A stretch of DNA of 34,489 nucleotides from a virus (Duplodnaviria; Heunggongvirae; Uroviricota; Caudoviricetes), in the IMG/VR virus record IMGVR_UViG_2671180921_000023, positions 1 through 34,489 of that record. One strand, written 5' to 3'. The position numbers and the translations under genes were made by a program. Below are positions 34,061-34,489 of this stretch, one piece after another; position 1 is the first letter of the stretch, and each line of letters begins with the position of its first letter. The notes under the pieces are model-generated. The model worked only from the letters and a program-made list of their open reading frames with translations. It ran no database searches and was not told where the DNA came from.

Positions 34061-34237
34061 TATGCGATGTATCTCGCGATTTTTTTTTGTAACTTTTCCA
34101 TCTTTTGCTTTTCTCTCCGAGCCGCTTTCCATATCTGCAATCGCATAAAAAACTCTGCTGGCGTTCACAAATGTGCAGGGGTAAAACGTTTCCTGTAGCA
34201 CCGTGAGTTATACTTTGTATAACTTAAGGAGGTGCAG

Positions 34238-34489
34238 ATGCGTATTACCATAAAAAGATGGGGGAACAGTGCAGGTATGGTCATTCCCAATATCGTAATG
34301 AAAGAACTTAACTTACAGCCGGGGCAGAGCGTGGAAGCGCAGGTGAGCAACAACCAACTGATTCTGACACCCATCTCCAGGCGCTACTCGCTTGATGAAC
34401 TGCTGGCACAGTGTGACATGAACGCCGCGGAACTTAGCGAGCAGGATGTCTGGGGTAAATCCACCCCTGCGGGTGACGAAATATGGTAA
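34238..34489 (+). CDS. chpS: ChpS (ChpBI) antitoxin of the chpB-chpS toxin-antitoxin pair
   Basis: 83 aa MRITIKRWGNSAGMVIPNIVMKELNLQPGQ ... GDEIW, complete; the stop TAA is the last 3 nt of the window. The ATGGTAA ending suggests an overlapping chpB start just beyond the window. Confidence 0.85.
   Translation: MRITIKRWGNSAGMVIPNIVMKELNLQPGQSVEAQVSNNQLILTPISRRYSLDELLAQCDMNAAELSEQDVWGKSTPAGDEIW

Noticed and set aside
34165-34374. 69-aa minus-strand ORF overlapping the chpS start
   Set aside because: Antisense to the chpS promoter and start, hydrophobic low-complexity translation, no RBS; likely spurious.

Overview
Almost the whole window is one integrated P2-like temperate myovirus prophage (about 956 to 33,950) in an enterobacterial chromosome. 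All calls rest on reading the supplied six-frame translations and the DNA by eye; no database search or alignment was run, so family assignments are recognition-based. Right end: P2-type C repressor and tyrosine integrase, then a complete chromosomal-type chpS antitoxin gene ending at the window edge. Left end: ogr-like late activator and gpD, then a hok-family type I toxin gene and two small flank genes (DUF4177-like, YidD-like). The prophage carries a full late gene set: terminase P, portal Q, scaffold O, capsid N, small terminase M, head completion L, tail X, a lysis cassette (holin, signal-peptide lysozyme, LysB/LysC spanins), R, S, baseplate V-W-J-I, fibre H, assembly G, and the sheath-tube-E/E'-tape measure-U block. 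The most notable features are: (1) a ParM/ParR partition cassette directly downstream of replication gene A, with two 40-bp hairpin repeats where a centromere would be; (2) a cos-proximal accessory operon including a free-standing ClpX-type zinc-binding-domain protein; (3) the FI-to-U tail block lying inverted relative to gpD/ogr and the G-to-O block, unlike canonical P2 synteny; (4) the hok-like toxin at the ogr-side boundary. The att core and cos cleavage site could not be pinpointed by eye.
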